Below, in pieces: positions 28,972 to 44,400 of a DNA stretch of 64,000 nucleotides. The position numbers and the translations under genes were made by a program. This DNA comes from the human T2T-CHM13v2.0 reference genome, Homo sapiens: the NCBI RefSeq assembly GCF_009914755.1, contig NC_060937.1; one strand, written 5' to 3'. Under the pieces are notes generated by a model, which was given only the letters and a program-made list of their open reading frames with translations, was not told the origin of the DNA and did not search any database. Each line of letters opens with the position of its first letter. The stretch's first letter is position 1.

Positions 28972-30700
28972 GAAGGCCTGTCTACACTGCAGGGGAACCT
29001 CAAGAACTTTTCATTGCACTTCTAAAATTCAGCCTTGTTCATTCAGAAAATAAGGATGGATTTTGTGAATAATTGAAAAGATTTTTTAAGGAAGCTAATT
29101 TATTTCTAGGATACAAATGGTGTTAATAAGAATATTTGTCTTTTAGATTTATGTGTGGGTTTTCCATAATGTAGTAGTGTGTTATTTTATTACACGAAAT
29201 GAGGGAGCAATAACTTCAACCAATGTAATCACCAACAGGGACTGATTTCTATTTATCTTGACTTTATATTAGCCAATTTGAAAGGGTCTGCTTCACAAGA
29301 GGTCATGCCTCTGCAGGGAATCACACACCTTTTGAGAAATATTAATTCTTTTGAATTACAAGAGTGACAGTTAGTAAACTGCTCCAGGGAAATAAGTGTC
29401 ATCTTTTAAGAGTCAGTGTATAGCAAACCAAAAGATCACATTTATACCCAAAGCTTTCTAGTAATCAGAATTTACTTAATTAGAATTGACTCATAAAAAT
29501 AAAGTTAGTGGACTTTGTCTCCATTTTTAAAGTATATTTTGTAAATGTTAATTCTGTGGTCCTGTTTATCACAGACTTTGGGTAGCAATAGGAAGAGAGT
29601 GTTATTCTGAGACAGTGTCGCTGCTTGATATCACTGACTCTTGAAATCACTAACAGTGAACCTCAAATTTGGTTATGATGTTAACAGAGAAGAAATATTT
29701 GAGTCTGGAATATTGAAACTAGCTTTCCTAGAATTCCATTAATAAATGCTGCTCCCCCATATAGTCTTCCCTTCTGTATAATTAACATAGGTTGTCTCAT
29801 GGCTTTGATCTTCAAAAGGAAGAGCCTTTTAAAAACATTTGCCAACCTCAAGAATAAATACTGAAAGTCTTGAAAGTATGGTCATTTCAGCTATTCCAGA
29901 TTGCTGTCTGTGATTTCTCACATTTTTATTTGCTGAGAAACATTCAGAAAATTATTCCAAAAATGAAGGTACATTTTCTGTTCTCTCCTAGGTTAGAGAG
30001 GGGTGGCCTGGGGTGCTTCATGAGAAATGTCTTCCTGGATCTGCGGTGGTCAGGTTTGCCTCTGCTTTTGTTCCCTGCCTTTCCGCCACATCACACGGCC
30101 TCACTGGGCTTCCTACCAGTTTCTCAGAATTACACGCACGACCATCCAAACATTGGCTCCATGCCAGGGCTGTGACTGCAGCCTGTGTAGGACCATGGGG
30201 AGTTCAGAGTCATCATACAAGGCAGCCAAGAACTGCCATAAACACTACACAGATGGAGGGCATGGGATAGGACAGGAGAGGAGGTGATGTACACTTAGAG
30301 GTAACTAAGGCTAGTTTGAAAACCGTGAATTAAGATATTCTTATCAGTATAAAAACACTGAGATTGCCTACCTCCCAAATTGCTTTATTGTATTAACTCT
30401 CATGCTTCAGCTCTTGGATTTGTTGTTTCTAACTAACATGTCATGTACACCAAACATTTTATAAATCAATCAGTAAATATTTTGTAAGACCCAAAATCCT
30501 GGCATATTGCCAGGTCTGTGGATTTGCCTGTTGGGTGTTGGGATGGGATATCAGAGGAAGAAGCATACAAGTGGGAAAAACTGTGATTAGAAAGGGAAAA
30601 ATAGGCATTTCCACAGTACTATTAAGAGAGGCATGATAATGCCATTTTTTTTCTTCTGTACAACTGGTCAGATTTCAATAAATAATCATTGATGGTTTAC
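28972..30700 (+). other. CDADC1: CDADC1 3'UTR with tandem AATAAA signals
   Basis: AATAAA at 29498, 29741, 29853 and 30677. The stretch is largely repeat-free and ends where L2 sequence begins (about 30705). The exact 3' end is inferred. Confidence 0.75.
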
Positions 30701-30961
30701 TGTGTAGCCTCAGAAGGTGAAGTCTATGAGGGCAGGGAGGTGTGTGTGTGTGTACTTTTTAACTGCTGAACCCCAGTGTCTAGAACAGTACCTGGCACAC
30801 AGTAGGCATTCCATAAATATTTGTTTATTGATTGAATGACTGCTAAACACTGCTAGACTGCGGGGATGAGATGTGTGAGAAATGCCTCCTGATCTTAAGA
30901 CACTCACAGTCAAGTGGAAGATACAAGCATGGAATCAAGTAATTAAGAAAAATGATTCTCA

Positions 30962-34150
<3,189 letters not shown>

Positions 34151-34384
34151 AAACTGCATATAGTACTTTACTCTCAGATATGAGTGTTTCTGTTGACCAG
34201 GAATTTTACCATTCCTGGTTCTCTTTGATGCGGAGGTGGCCTTGTGAAAGGACACAGTTTCTGCTGAGCTGAACACGCTTTAGTGTAATCTGATGAAGAA
34301 CTTCTATGCTGGTTGCGGTATTGGTGGAAAGTGTTTTATTTTGCAGAAAAAGCACAAATTCCACAGAGGGCAACAGTTATCCAT

Positions 34385-34900
34385 TCACTCCACAGCTATC
34401 TATTGCTGCATGACAGACTACCCCCTAAAACTTAGTGGCCCATGCCACTATTTTATTTTGCATGATTCTGTGAGCCAGGAATTTGGGCAAGATTCAGCAG
34501 AACAGCTCTACTCCCTGTGGCACTGGCTGGGGTCACGGACGGTTGTGTGCCACTGGTGGGTCAGTTGAGAGGGGGGCCCAGCCGGCACAGGGACAGTGAG
34601 GCTGGACCATCCAAGGGGCTTCTTTCAGGTTTCTGGTGCCTCAGCTTGGATGGCTGAAACAGCTGGCAGCTGGCCAGGGCTCTCCAGCAGGGTGGCCAGA
34701 CCTCTATGAGGTGGCAAGGGCTCTGAAAGTGAATGCTCCACAAGGATGGGCCCAGTGTGTCCCCCTTGCATCATGCTGGCTCATGGATCACTGGCCAAGG
34801 CCAGTTTCGTGGCCACACCCAGAGTCCATGTGGAGGGGCCTGCACAGGACATGAAGCCAGGAGGTATAGTTCACAGGGGAACACAAAAGTAACGTTCACT
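34385..34900 (-). mobile_element. MLT1 (MaLR) solo LTR
   Basis: cagctatctattgctgcatgacagactaccccctaaaacttagtggc...catgattctgtgagccaggaatttgggc. Confidence 0.75.
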
Positions 34901-36919
34901 GCAGGGACAGAGCAGATCACTGAAGGGAATGCCACTGGGAATCGAGCCCCATGTCCTGGCCCCTGAGCAGAGTTCTGTCCCCAAGACCATTACTCCTCAT
35001 GGAACTTTTCACCTCCCTCACACTTACGGCAATGCTAACAGTCACTACACACGGTTCTGAGAACCTTCAAATTGAAGCCCTCATGATGTTTCCTAAGAAG
35101 TTGCAGTTGTCCAAATCCACAAACCCAGATTTTAGTTGGCAAGTCTGAGAGGTTCTGGGTAACTGTTTTGCTGCACAAACGTGGGTATTCCTGAAAGTTT
35201 AAAGATTCATCTTCAACATGCTAGGGAAAGCCACCATGATAGCTAGTCTAATAATGCCCAGACCATCCCCTCATTGATGAATGGAAGGCTCACATTTTAA
35301 GATGAATATGGGCCAGGGAGGTTTCACCTTTCTTGGCTGAGGTTGATGCCAAAGTGATAAACCTTGGTGCTTCCCGCCTCCCTGTTCCCTGGGGATGGGC
35401 CAGAATCAGATGCCATCAGGGACCCTGCAGGCAATTCTGAGAATTCCTTTTAAGAAGACACCTGCAGGAAGGGTGAACCGCTTTCTAGCCCTTCTGCAGC
35501 CAGCCACTCCCCCTGCCTTTTGATGACACAGGTTCTGCATAAGGTGAGAGGGAGGACAGGGTGACATCCATTTCTTGTAAAAATGCCTCAATGAGAAAAG
35601 GGCCACATGCATTTCTTGTAAAAATGCATCAGTGAGAAAAACAACAGCAGCAGCAACAACAGCAAATATTTACTGAATCTCCTAGTATGATCCAAGCCCC
35701 CAAATCAAGAAAATGTGAATGCTGATGTAAAAAAGGAAGGTATTTGTTCAAACTGCCTGGCCAGTGTTTTTGAAGAAAACAGAGATCTCCAGAGACCCCT
35801 TTTTTGGTCCTAAGTAGCAAGCAAACAAGTTCATTAAATGTGTACTGTTTATTTGTGATGTCTCCAAGCAGAGTAGTTGGCTCTTGTTATATATCTGGGA
35901 GAATAATCAATGATTTATGCTTCTGACAGTCTTATCATAGCCATTTACATAATGGTCATGTGTATTTGTGACTTTAATACCCTCTGCATATAGCCTTACT
36001 ATTTAAATGGATTACACTGTTTTGCTGTTGTGACTTTGCTTGTTTAATCATAGCTAAGACTTTTCTGAAGTCAAATACTTTTTCCATTATCACAGTGAGG
36101 CGTTGGCAAAAAAGTGGGGGCTTGCTGGTTACACTTGCTGAAAATAAATCTTGCGTTTATTTGGACTCTCAAGATTGGAGCTCTGAATTCACATAGTCCA
36201 GTGTTTATGCACAGAGCACCACTGGCATTGCCATTGATTACGACTGGCATGACCACTGCCAGAGGTTTAGCAGCCCTGGCACACATCCACCAAATGCCAT
36301 TTCAATCACTCAGAAATTTCTACAACAACAGAAGGCCCCCCACATGTTGGGATAGTGGGCTGCCCTTGCTTGAGCACAGCTGATCGATCCAACCACTGGT
36401 CAGCGGTTGCATCTCCTCTTCAACACTCCCCTAAAGGGACAGATCAGCCGGGCTCTGCTCCAGCATCCCCAGCGATGAAGAAGTCACCACCTCCTGAAGC
36501 CACATTGGCCTGTCCTCATTATTAACATGTTATTTTTATGGAGTAAACTCCTCCCCCATCACCCCCTCAGACCTTGTCTATAACACAGGCCTCTTTGTGT
36601 CTCCTCCCCTACAGGAATGCCCTGGAGTACTTGAAAGTAGCCATTGTGTTCCTGCTGTCCTGTGACAGCCTCCCACCTCTCCTGGAAACTTACTGTGTCA
36701 TTGTAGCTAGGTTTGCATTTTACAGTGAAGCATTTTTTACTTTACCTCATTAAATGTTCACACTGTGAAGCAGGGATTAGCATTTCCACTGTACGGATAA
36801 TGAAATGGAGTCTCAGGTTAAACGACTTACCCAAGGCTACACTGCTAACGATTGGCAGAGCCAGAACATGAATCTGCTCCAAATTCAATGCCTTTCATAA
36901 TTTTCCCAATATGCACTTC

Positions 36920-37222
36920 ATTTTTTTTTCTTTTCTTTTTGAGACAGAATGTCACTCCCATTGCCCAGGCTGGAGTGCAGTGGTGTGATCCCGACTCACT
37001 GTAGCCTCGACTTCTTGGGCTCAGGTGATCCTCTCAACTCAGCCTCCCGAGTAGCTGGGACTATAGGGGCACACCACCACACCTTGCTAATTTTTGTATT
37101 TTTTGTAGAGATGGAGTTTTGCCATGTTGCCCAGGTTGGTCTCAAACTCCTGAACTCAAGCAGTGTGCCCACCTCGGCCTCCCAGAGTGCTGGAATTACA
37201 GGCGTGAGCCACCGCGCCCGGC
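36920..37222 (-). mobile_element. Alu (J-like)
   Basis: TSD caatatgcacttc / caatatgcaattc. Confidence 0.93.
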
Positions 37223-37379
37223 ACAATATGCAATTCGTTTTGTCCAGCCTCTCCCTCTGATGTCTTCATTCTTCCCATTACAACTCCGCATGTCTCCTGT
37301 GGTGGAAGGCATCAGTGGCCCCAATTTTTCACCCTTCCCTTTCACATGTTTTGCCAGTTCCATCAGCAGGTGGAACTTG

Positions 37380-37635
37380 TTGGGGGACTTTGTTTTCAAT
37401 AGAATAAGATGGAAATGTCCTCGTGTGAGTTTCGACATTAGGCTCAAGAAGCCTGTGTGTTTCCACTTTGCGTTTCTGCCATCACCAAACATCCGGAGCA
37501 GAGCCACCCCAGCTAGCCCAGCCGAGATTAGGTGACTCCCAGCCACCCCACAGACTTAGGAAGAAAACATTGGTTTTATTTAAGTTATTGCGTTTCAGGG
37601 GGCTGGTTATGCTGCAGTTGCTAAGCAATACATTT
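37380..37635 (+). mobile_element. MLT1-type LTR fragment
   Basis: 3' end tttaagttattgcgtttcagggggctggttatgctgcagttgctaagcaataca. Confidence 0.65.
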
Positions 37636-38527
37636 CTCCAACTTTCAAAAAGCTTCCCTTTCCCCACGGGGTTCCTTTCCCTTCATTACTTGGAAGCCTG
37701 TGCTAGCTTTCTCAACATCCTCCTCCTGTTTATTCCACAAACCACTGCTGCCTTTCTGCTCCCCCTCCCCATGGGAAGGTGCTCCCCAACTCCTAGTGGC
37801 CTAACCCTGCTTGGGCCCTGGGCCTTCAGTGTGCAGCATCAACTCGTCCTGAACCTCTCCTTTTTTGGCTTCATAACGCTTACCTCTTGTCGGCCTCGAC
37901 CTGTTCTTGTGTTTCTTATCTCTCTCCTCTCCTCCCATGGCTCTTCCTGGGCCCTCTCACCTCTTTGCTTCCTCTCCAGGGCCCCCATCCTTTCCCAGGA
38001 CCTCGAGGACCACCAAAGTGCTGACGACTGTTCCCAGCCTGCGTCTCTTCCCAGGTGCAGCTGTGTGTGCACGCCCCTAGACCGCTCCCCCGGGGGCCTG
38101 ATTCACAGCAATGATCACCAGCACGTGAGGAAAGACTGGCGTAGGGGAGAGTGGCCAGGGTTCCCGCCAGAGAGGTGTTGCAGGAGTCCAGGCGAGAAGC
38201 GATGCGGCCCAACAGGGCATTAGGGTCACCAGAACCCCCTGTCTGGGCACCCATGCTTCTACCTGCAGAGCTGGAGTTTTGTTTGCAGACCTTAGTGTGG
38301 GACTTCACATTTATCCTTATTAAATCTAGGCATGGTCAGATTGCACCCAACACTGCAGCTTGTCCTACCGCTTGCTAATTTTGTTTCAGACACTAATTAG
38401 GCGTCGCTCTCAGAGACCAGGGTCACTCAGGCATTTGATCAATGTGTTACTTGTGTCCCATCCAAGTCATCGATAATGTTGAATAGAAAGGGCCCAGCAG
38501 GAACACAGTAAAGACTGTTACTTGTTT

Positions 38528-38546
38528 TAGCCACTAGAGGGCTGCA
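38528..38546 (+). promoter_or_regulatory. CTCF motif
   Basis: TAGCCACTAGAGGGCTGCA matches the CTCF core. Motif match only. Confidence 0.55.
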
Positions 38547-38813
38547 TGTCCCAGAAATTGATGCAGGTGCTGCTTAGAAGTGAAACTAGGAAATGTGAGC
38601 ACTGTTGGGTTCTATGGGGTTTGGAGTTTCCAGGGCGGGGGCGCAGAGGAGAGTGTAGCACACTGGGGAGCAGCAGATGGTTGTAGCATTCGTGGGCAAG
38701 GAGAGGGAGGAGTAGGGGGTTGGCAGAGACCACGAAGGGCCTTAGGAACACTTCTGGGGAGCAATAGGGAGCCATAGAAGGACTTTAAGCAGAGGCCACA
38801 CGATCATATTTGC

Positions 38814-39103
38814 TTTTTTTTTTTTTTTTTGAGACAGGGTCTCTCTCTGTCACCCAGGCTGCAGAGCAGTGACATGATCACGGCTTACTGCAGCCTTCAC
38901 CTTTTGGACTCAAGTGATCCTCCTGCCTCAGATTCCTGAGTAGCTGGGATTACCGGTGTGCACCAACACACCTGGCTAATTTTTTATTTTTATTTTTGTA
39001 GAGACAGTTTCCAGGCTGGTTTCAAACTCCCGGGCTCAAGCGATCCTCCCACCTCAGCCTCCCAAAATGCTGGGATTACAGGCACTAGTCACTGCGCCCA
39101 GCC
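38814..39103 (-). mobile_element. Alu (J-like) inside an L2 fragment
   Basis: Dimer flanked by atttgc repeats. Confidence 0.92.
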
Positions 39104-42029
39104 CCTATTTGCATCTTAAAGCAGTCACTCCAGCATCCGTGTGGAATGGAGGGAGGAAGAAGGGAATTGGATGGCTGCTGGTTGGTTCAGAATGAGAAAT
39201 GATAAAGGTCTAAGGTGACATCTGAAGGGAATAAAGGAGGGGACAGAGGAATGTAAGTGAACTGAGCAGAATGAGGGCAGAGTGGCAGGGGACAGAATGG
39301 CAGGAGCCACCCAACAGGAGGGGAGGGGGAGGGAATGGGAGGGAAGGGAGGGTCACCTGGAAGATGTGAGGGGGCCAGGGAGTGAGGAGAGAAAGAGGAA
39401 AGTGAAATTGTGCTTTGTAAAGAATGAGTCGTACATTCACTCACGATAGAGCATTTATTATGTCGCAGACACTGGGCTAGACCCTGGGGATACATTCATG
39501 AGGGAAACAGACACTGCCCCTGCCCTGGAGTTTTGCACCCTAGTGGAGAGACAGCAGGTATTTGGGGCGGGAGGCTCCTGTGCTGGGCCTGGGAAGCCCA
39601 GAAGTGGGTATTTAAGCTGAGAGAGCAAGGATGAGAAGCAGCAGCCGGTGAAGAAAGCTGGGAAGACTATTCCCAGCAGAAGGAACGGTATCAGGGAAGG
39701 CCCTTTGGGAGGGATGGAAAAGCAGCCAGGCTTGCTGGACTTGTTGCAGGAGGAAGGCTCGGCCTGATCCTGTGTGCTTTAAGGACAGTGGTCAGGGCTT
39801 TGGGTTTGATTCTGTGCATCAAGGGAAGCCACTAGAGGGTTTGGGGGCAGGAGAGAACCATGACCAGATGCGACCTATGAAAAGATCACTTTGGATGCTT
39901 GCAGAGATGGGGTGCAGTCCAGGTGGGAGCCATGCAGATGCAGAGAGCTGCTCAGATGGGACACAAGTCTCAGAAGCAGAAATGCTGATGAATTGGCTGC
40001 AGGTGAGAGGCAGAGAGAACTCATGTGCCTTCCTGGGTTTCTGGCATGAACAACTGGGGGAATTTCAGGGGCATCAGCAGAGCTGGGGAAGCCAGGTGCA
40101 GGGAGTGACAGGAAGTCACATGCCATATTTTGAACTGTACCTTGGAGAGAGGGAGCCTGAGAGGCATCCAGCCAGCAGGTGAGTGCATGCATGAGCTTGG
40201 AGATTGCCGAAGTCGGCCCGGAGCCACAGAGGTGGGAGCCACGGTGGGGCACGCACAGACCACAGACCTGAAGCCTTGCAGGAAGACAGGGAGATGGAGA
40301 GGAGATGCGCAGGAGACTGAGTCCAGGCACAACGGTGCTCAGTGCTCGGCTCTGAGGTGGAGGAGGCTGAGCTGAGAGAGCACAGGAGGGTGAGGTTGCC
40401 TGGGCGACAGGAGAGGAGAGGGCCTGGAGAAGAGGCCACCAGCTCTGTCACCTGCTGCTGAGGGGTCACATGAGCACAGGAAATCGCTACTGGATCTGGT
40501 GGCTCTGAGGCCCTGGATAGCCCTGGGAAGAGCATCTTCCAGGGAGGTGGGGAAGCCAGAGATGGGTGGGTTGTGAGGTACATCACAGGTGAGGAGGTGT
40601 AGCCCATTCGTGGAGAAATTGGAGAAGTTTTGCCCTGAAGGAGGGCAGAGAGACAGAAAAGGGGCTGGAGGGGCAGCTGAGGGATAAATGGTGCTTTTTT
40701 GACGGGTGACGCACATCTTGTGCAGGAACTACCTGAAAACTTGTGAAGACATTAGAAAGAAGAGCCAAGACCCAAGAAGGGAATTGAAGGTGCGAGGGAA
40801 ACTGTCATGCCCGCCCTGCCCTGGCCTTCTTATACGGGTGCCTGTTCCCTGGCTGCAGGTCACGTGCCACATCTTGATTCTGATGGGCATAGCACATTGA
40901 CAACTGAACAAAGCCACCCGGCTTGGAAATGGTCCCTGGTCAAGGTGAAGGACACGCCTGGTGCTGCCAGAGGCCACCAGGCAGCTGCAGGCACGCCCTC
41001 TTCCTTCCTCCCACACACTTGGTAGCACAGAGCCTCATTCATCCAGGCCAGCAGGTCACAGCCATGGGAATGTCATGCTCAGTTCCCAGGGAAAAGGGCA
41101 GAGGCTTTTTCCCCTGCAGAAGAACCAGTCTGCACCTAGGGCCTTGCCCGTTTTCCCCAAGAGTCCTGTGATTATATAAGCATCATCTGTCCCTGATGCT
41201 GGGGTCCTGGTCAAGACTTCCCCAGGGCGGGGCTGGGGTGACACAGCTAGGCCCTGGCCTGGAGTTCAACCACCCTTTGTCCTGATGGCACTTTATAAAA
41301 ACACTGTCAGCCTGGTCTCTGGGATAACAGGGTTACAAGCCTCTGGATGACTAATTGGCCCTCAGAACTAACTGGATCAAATACAAACTTTGGGATGATA
41401 TTGCGTGCCCCCAGGCCAGGTGGAGACCTAGACTGAGCATGGACACTGCCATGGAGAAAGGACATGGGAACCGTGGGGTCCCCCTGCTGCCCAGCCACCC
41501 CCACACCTCGGGTTGAGGTGGGATGTAGGTTACAGATAAGGTTAAAATACAAATGGAGGCAGGTGAAAAGTTGGGTGGGTCCGGAGGTTTGAATCGCAGC
41601 AAGGAATGGATCGCTTCCTCTTCACCCAGACCTCAGCTGCTCCCTAAATCTCAGTGACCGCCAAATCGGTGCCTCTGGCCCACGTCTTTCTTGAGCCCCA
41701 GACTCATTTGTCCAACGGCTGCCTGGACATCTCCACGCCACGTCTCCAGGCACAGGACACTCGTGTGCCTCTGCCCCCCGTCCCGGGCTCCCTGTCTTGG
41801 CTGAGCACATCCCCTTCTACTCAGGTCACCCACGCCACAGGCCCATGTCCTCCAGAAATGGTTCAGCTAAGCCTGGTCAATAGTAAATCCTAAGTATCTC
41901 CCAAGTTCTATGGCTGCTGCCTCTGGGCTCTGGGTTTGAATCCTGCACCACCATCTGCTCACTGTATAATTGGGCGAGCAACCCTCTCAGTCCCTGTTTC
42001 CATGCCTGTAATATTGGGATTGTGAAAGA

Positions 42030-42438
42030 TGTCATAATCAGAATGGAGCCACTTTTGTTAAAAACAAATCCTGACAAATAGAGCCAAGGGAAGGCCATGA
42101 AGAGAAATATTCGCATGCATAAATGCCTAATAACAAAAACTACCACGGCAGACTATGAAAACTGCAACCTTGCACAAAAAATGCTTCTAGGAGGACAGCT
42201 GCCCAGTAACTACCTGTCCAGCCTTGGACTGGTGTCCCTCTTGCAATTAACCCTTGCAGCCAAGGATCATTACTTCAAAGCAACAATACAGTCCTCACTT
42301 TCCTTCACCTTTGCCTTCCTTCATCTCCCTGAAGGCACACGTGCTTTTTACTCTGGCAGGCATACTCCCTGGCAGTGCCCTATTCCTGAGTAAACATCAC
42401 TTTCTTTGAGAGCCACTCTCTGGTTATTTAGGTTGACA
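42030..42438 (+). mobile_element. ERV1-type solo LTR (MER34/MER39-like) inserted into a MIR
   Basis: TG...CA ends (tgtcataatcagaatggagccac...taggttgaca), AGTAAA at about 42389, MIR sequence on both sides. Confidence 0.65.
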
Positions 42439-44219
42439 GGATAATCACAGTACGCACCTCATAAGGTTTCTGAAGACTGATGTTAATACTCTAAAGCATC
42501 TGGAGGGGGACTGCCAGCAGCACCGAGTTCGCACTCGCTGTTACCAGCTGGCGCTCATCATCCCACCCTCCCTCATTGTTCCCCCTCCAGGCCCGGCTCC
42601 AGAGCTCTCCCCCACCAGACACACAGGTGTTCAGGTCACTTCCTGAATAAAGGCCAGCCGCCTTAATGATGGCGTCAGACCCTTAGCTGGGCATTTAAGG
42701 CTCCCTCCCGGCCCTCTCACATCCCCACATGCCCCGGACAAAGCGCACACGCCTCGTCATTTTCCAGCCATGCTTCGTGCCCACGGCCCTCCCTGCAGCG
42801 GGAATCTCTCGCTCTGGTGACGGGGCTAATGTGGGCGCCGAATCTGAGCCCGGCATGTCACCTACTTTACCTCGTTGGTTCCCACAACAATCCTGTGAGG
42901 CAGGTCCTCTTTTGGCCTGTTTCCTGGAAGCTCGGTGATTCTCAAGAGGGAACAGCTAGCCGTGGAGCCAGGATTTCAGTCCAGGTGTGGCCTATCCCAA
43001 AGTCCAGGTGGTTCTAGTTAATCCACACAAACCTCTCATGAGTAGATGACATTTCAAAGGAAAAAGGGACCTGACGTCTCCGAGATGGGAAAGGATGGTA
43101 GCAGGGTGTATGTCAGCATCTCCCCAGGGCAGAACACATCTGGCGGCATCTGCAATGTCTGTTTTGCTAAGCATGAGCGTGTTTCCACAATTCCCTCTCT
43201 GGCAGGTGATGAATTAGAGTTGGTCCCAAGAGCACATCGTGTCAGCTGTGAGGGGAGGTGAACTGGGGCGGGCCCCGTGTGGTCACAGCTGGCTGGCGTT
43301 GTCAGAGACCTCTGGCTCCCCTTGTTGTCAGGGTTCCCCATTCCCTGCACCTCCCCCTTCAGCTTCACCACTGTGGGCCCAGTGTGGGGGGCTCTGCACT
43401 GAAGGGTGCCTGCCCTTCTGTAGGTCCGCCATGTCCTCAGGGTCGGCAGAGGGATCTGCCCTTCCCCCCGGGCTCCTCACCTCCTGTCTATCCTCCCTTC
43501 TCTGCTGACTCGGCCCCAGTGCCAGCTGCAGGGGACGGACTTACAAAGGCCTCTGATTCCCCTGCCCCACGAGCTCCACCACCACAGGAGGCCTACAGTA
43601 ACCCCGGTGTGTCACTCGGGGTCCTGTCCCAGGATCCATCCCTAACCAGCAAGGAGAATGAATTCAACAGATGTTAAATGAACAAATAAATGAGTAGTTG
43701 AATACATATTTTTGCTTTACAGCTTTAAATATCAGAACTAAAACTAAAAGTGATCTTATTTTTTCCAACCTTCCCTAAAGGATAAATTATCAATGTATAT
43801 TGCAACATATTCTCCAAAGGGACCCTATGATCACAGTATTTTAAAGTAACACAGATGGCTCTCAGTGGAGTGATTAAATTGCATCTATGTTACATTGGTT
43901 GATGGTAAAGGGGTTGCGGCTTTTTGTGTGTTTTGATGGCGACTTTATTTTAGGGTATTGTAACTGCACATGCTCCTCCATGAGGAGGAAGTGATGAGGG
44001 AAGGCGGGGACCCTGGCAGGTATTGGATGTGCATCCACCATGAACTTCAGCCTCTGTAGCCCCATGGTGCTGGGGCCACTGGGAAATGGTGGAATGGCTG
44101 GCTGAGTGGCAATCGCTCCTGTCAGGAAATCTAAGCTAATGTTATGTCCAACTGAAAAAGAAAGCCAAGAAAACAAAACAGGTGCAGAATTGCAATCTGA
44201 AAAAAATTTTTTAACACTT

Positions 44220-44400
44220 TAATTATTTAATTTTATTTTCTACAGATGAAGTCTCGCTACGTTGCCTAGGCTTGTCTCAAACTCCTGGGCTCAAGCAATC
44301 CTGATCCCCCAACTCTGCCATACCCGCCCCCCATCCCCAGCCCACCCCCATCTCCACCTCCCAAAGTGCTGGGATTAGAGGCATAAGCCACTGCCACCGC
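44220..44400 (-). mobile_element. FLAM-like Alu monomer with C-rich expansion
   Basis: TSD tgcaatctgaaa on both sides. Confidence 0.85.

Noticed and set aside
29870-30175. 101-aa ORF in the CDADC1 3'UTR as an independent gene
   Set aside because: Non-ATG start, no promoter evidence and no recognisable homology. The acceptor inside it is reported separately in other frames.
37468-38223. Longest ORF in the track (251 aa)
   Set aside because: Non-ATG start, begins in an MLT1 fragment, low-complexity Leu/Ser/Pro composition, no recognisable domain; expected in GC-richer DNA.
39829-39842. CTCF-like CCACTAGAGGGTTT
   Set aside because: Lacks the conserved C after GGG and lies in a common L2-derived phrase.
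39772-43677. Dense overlapping ORFs on both strands
   Set aside because: They reflect stop-codon scarcity in GC-rich, L2-derived intergenic DNA; none resembles a known protein.
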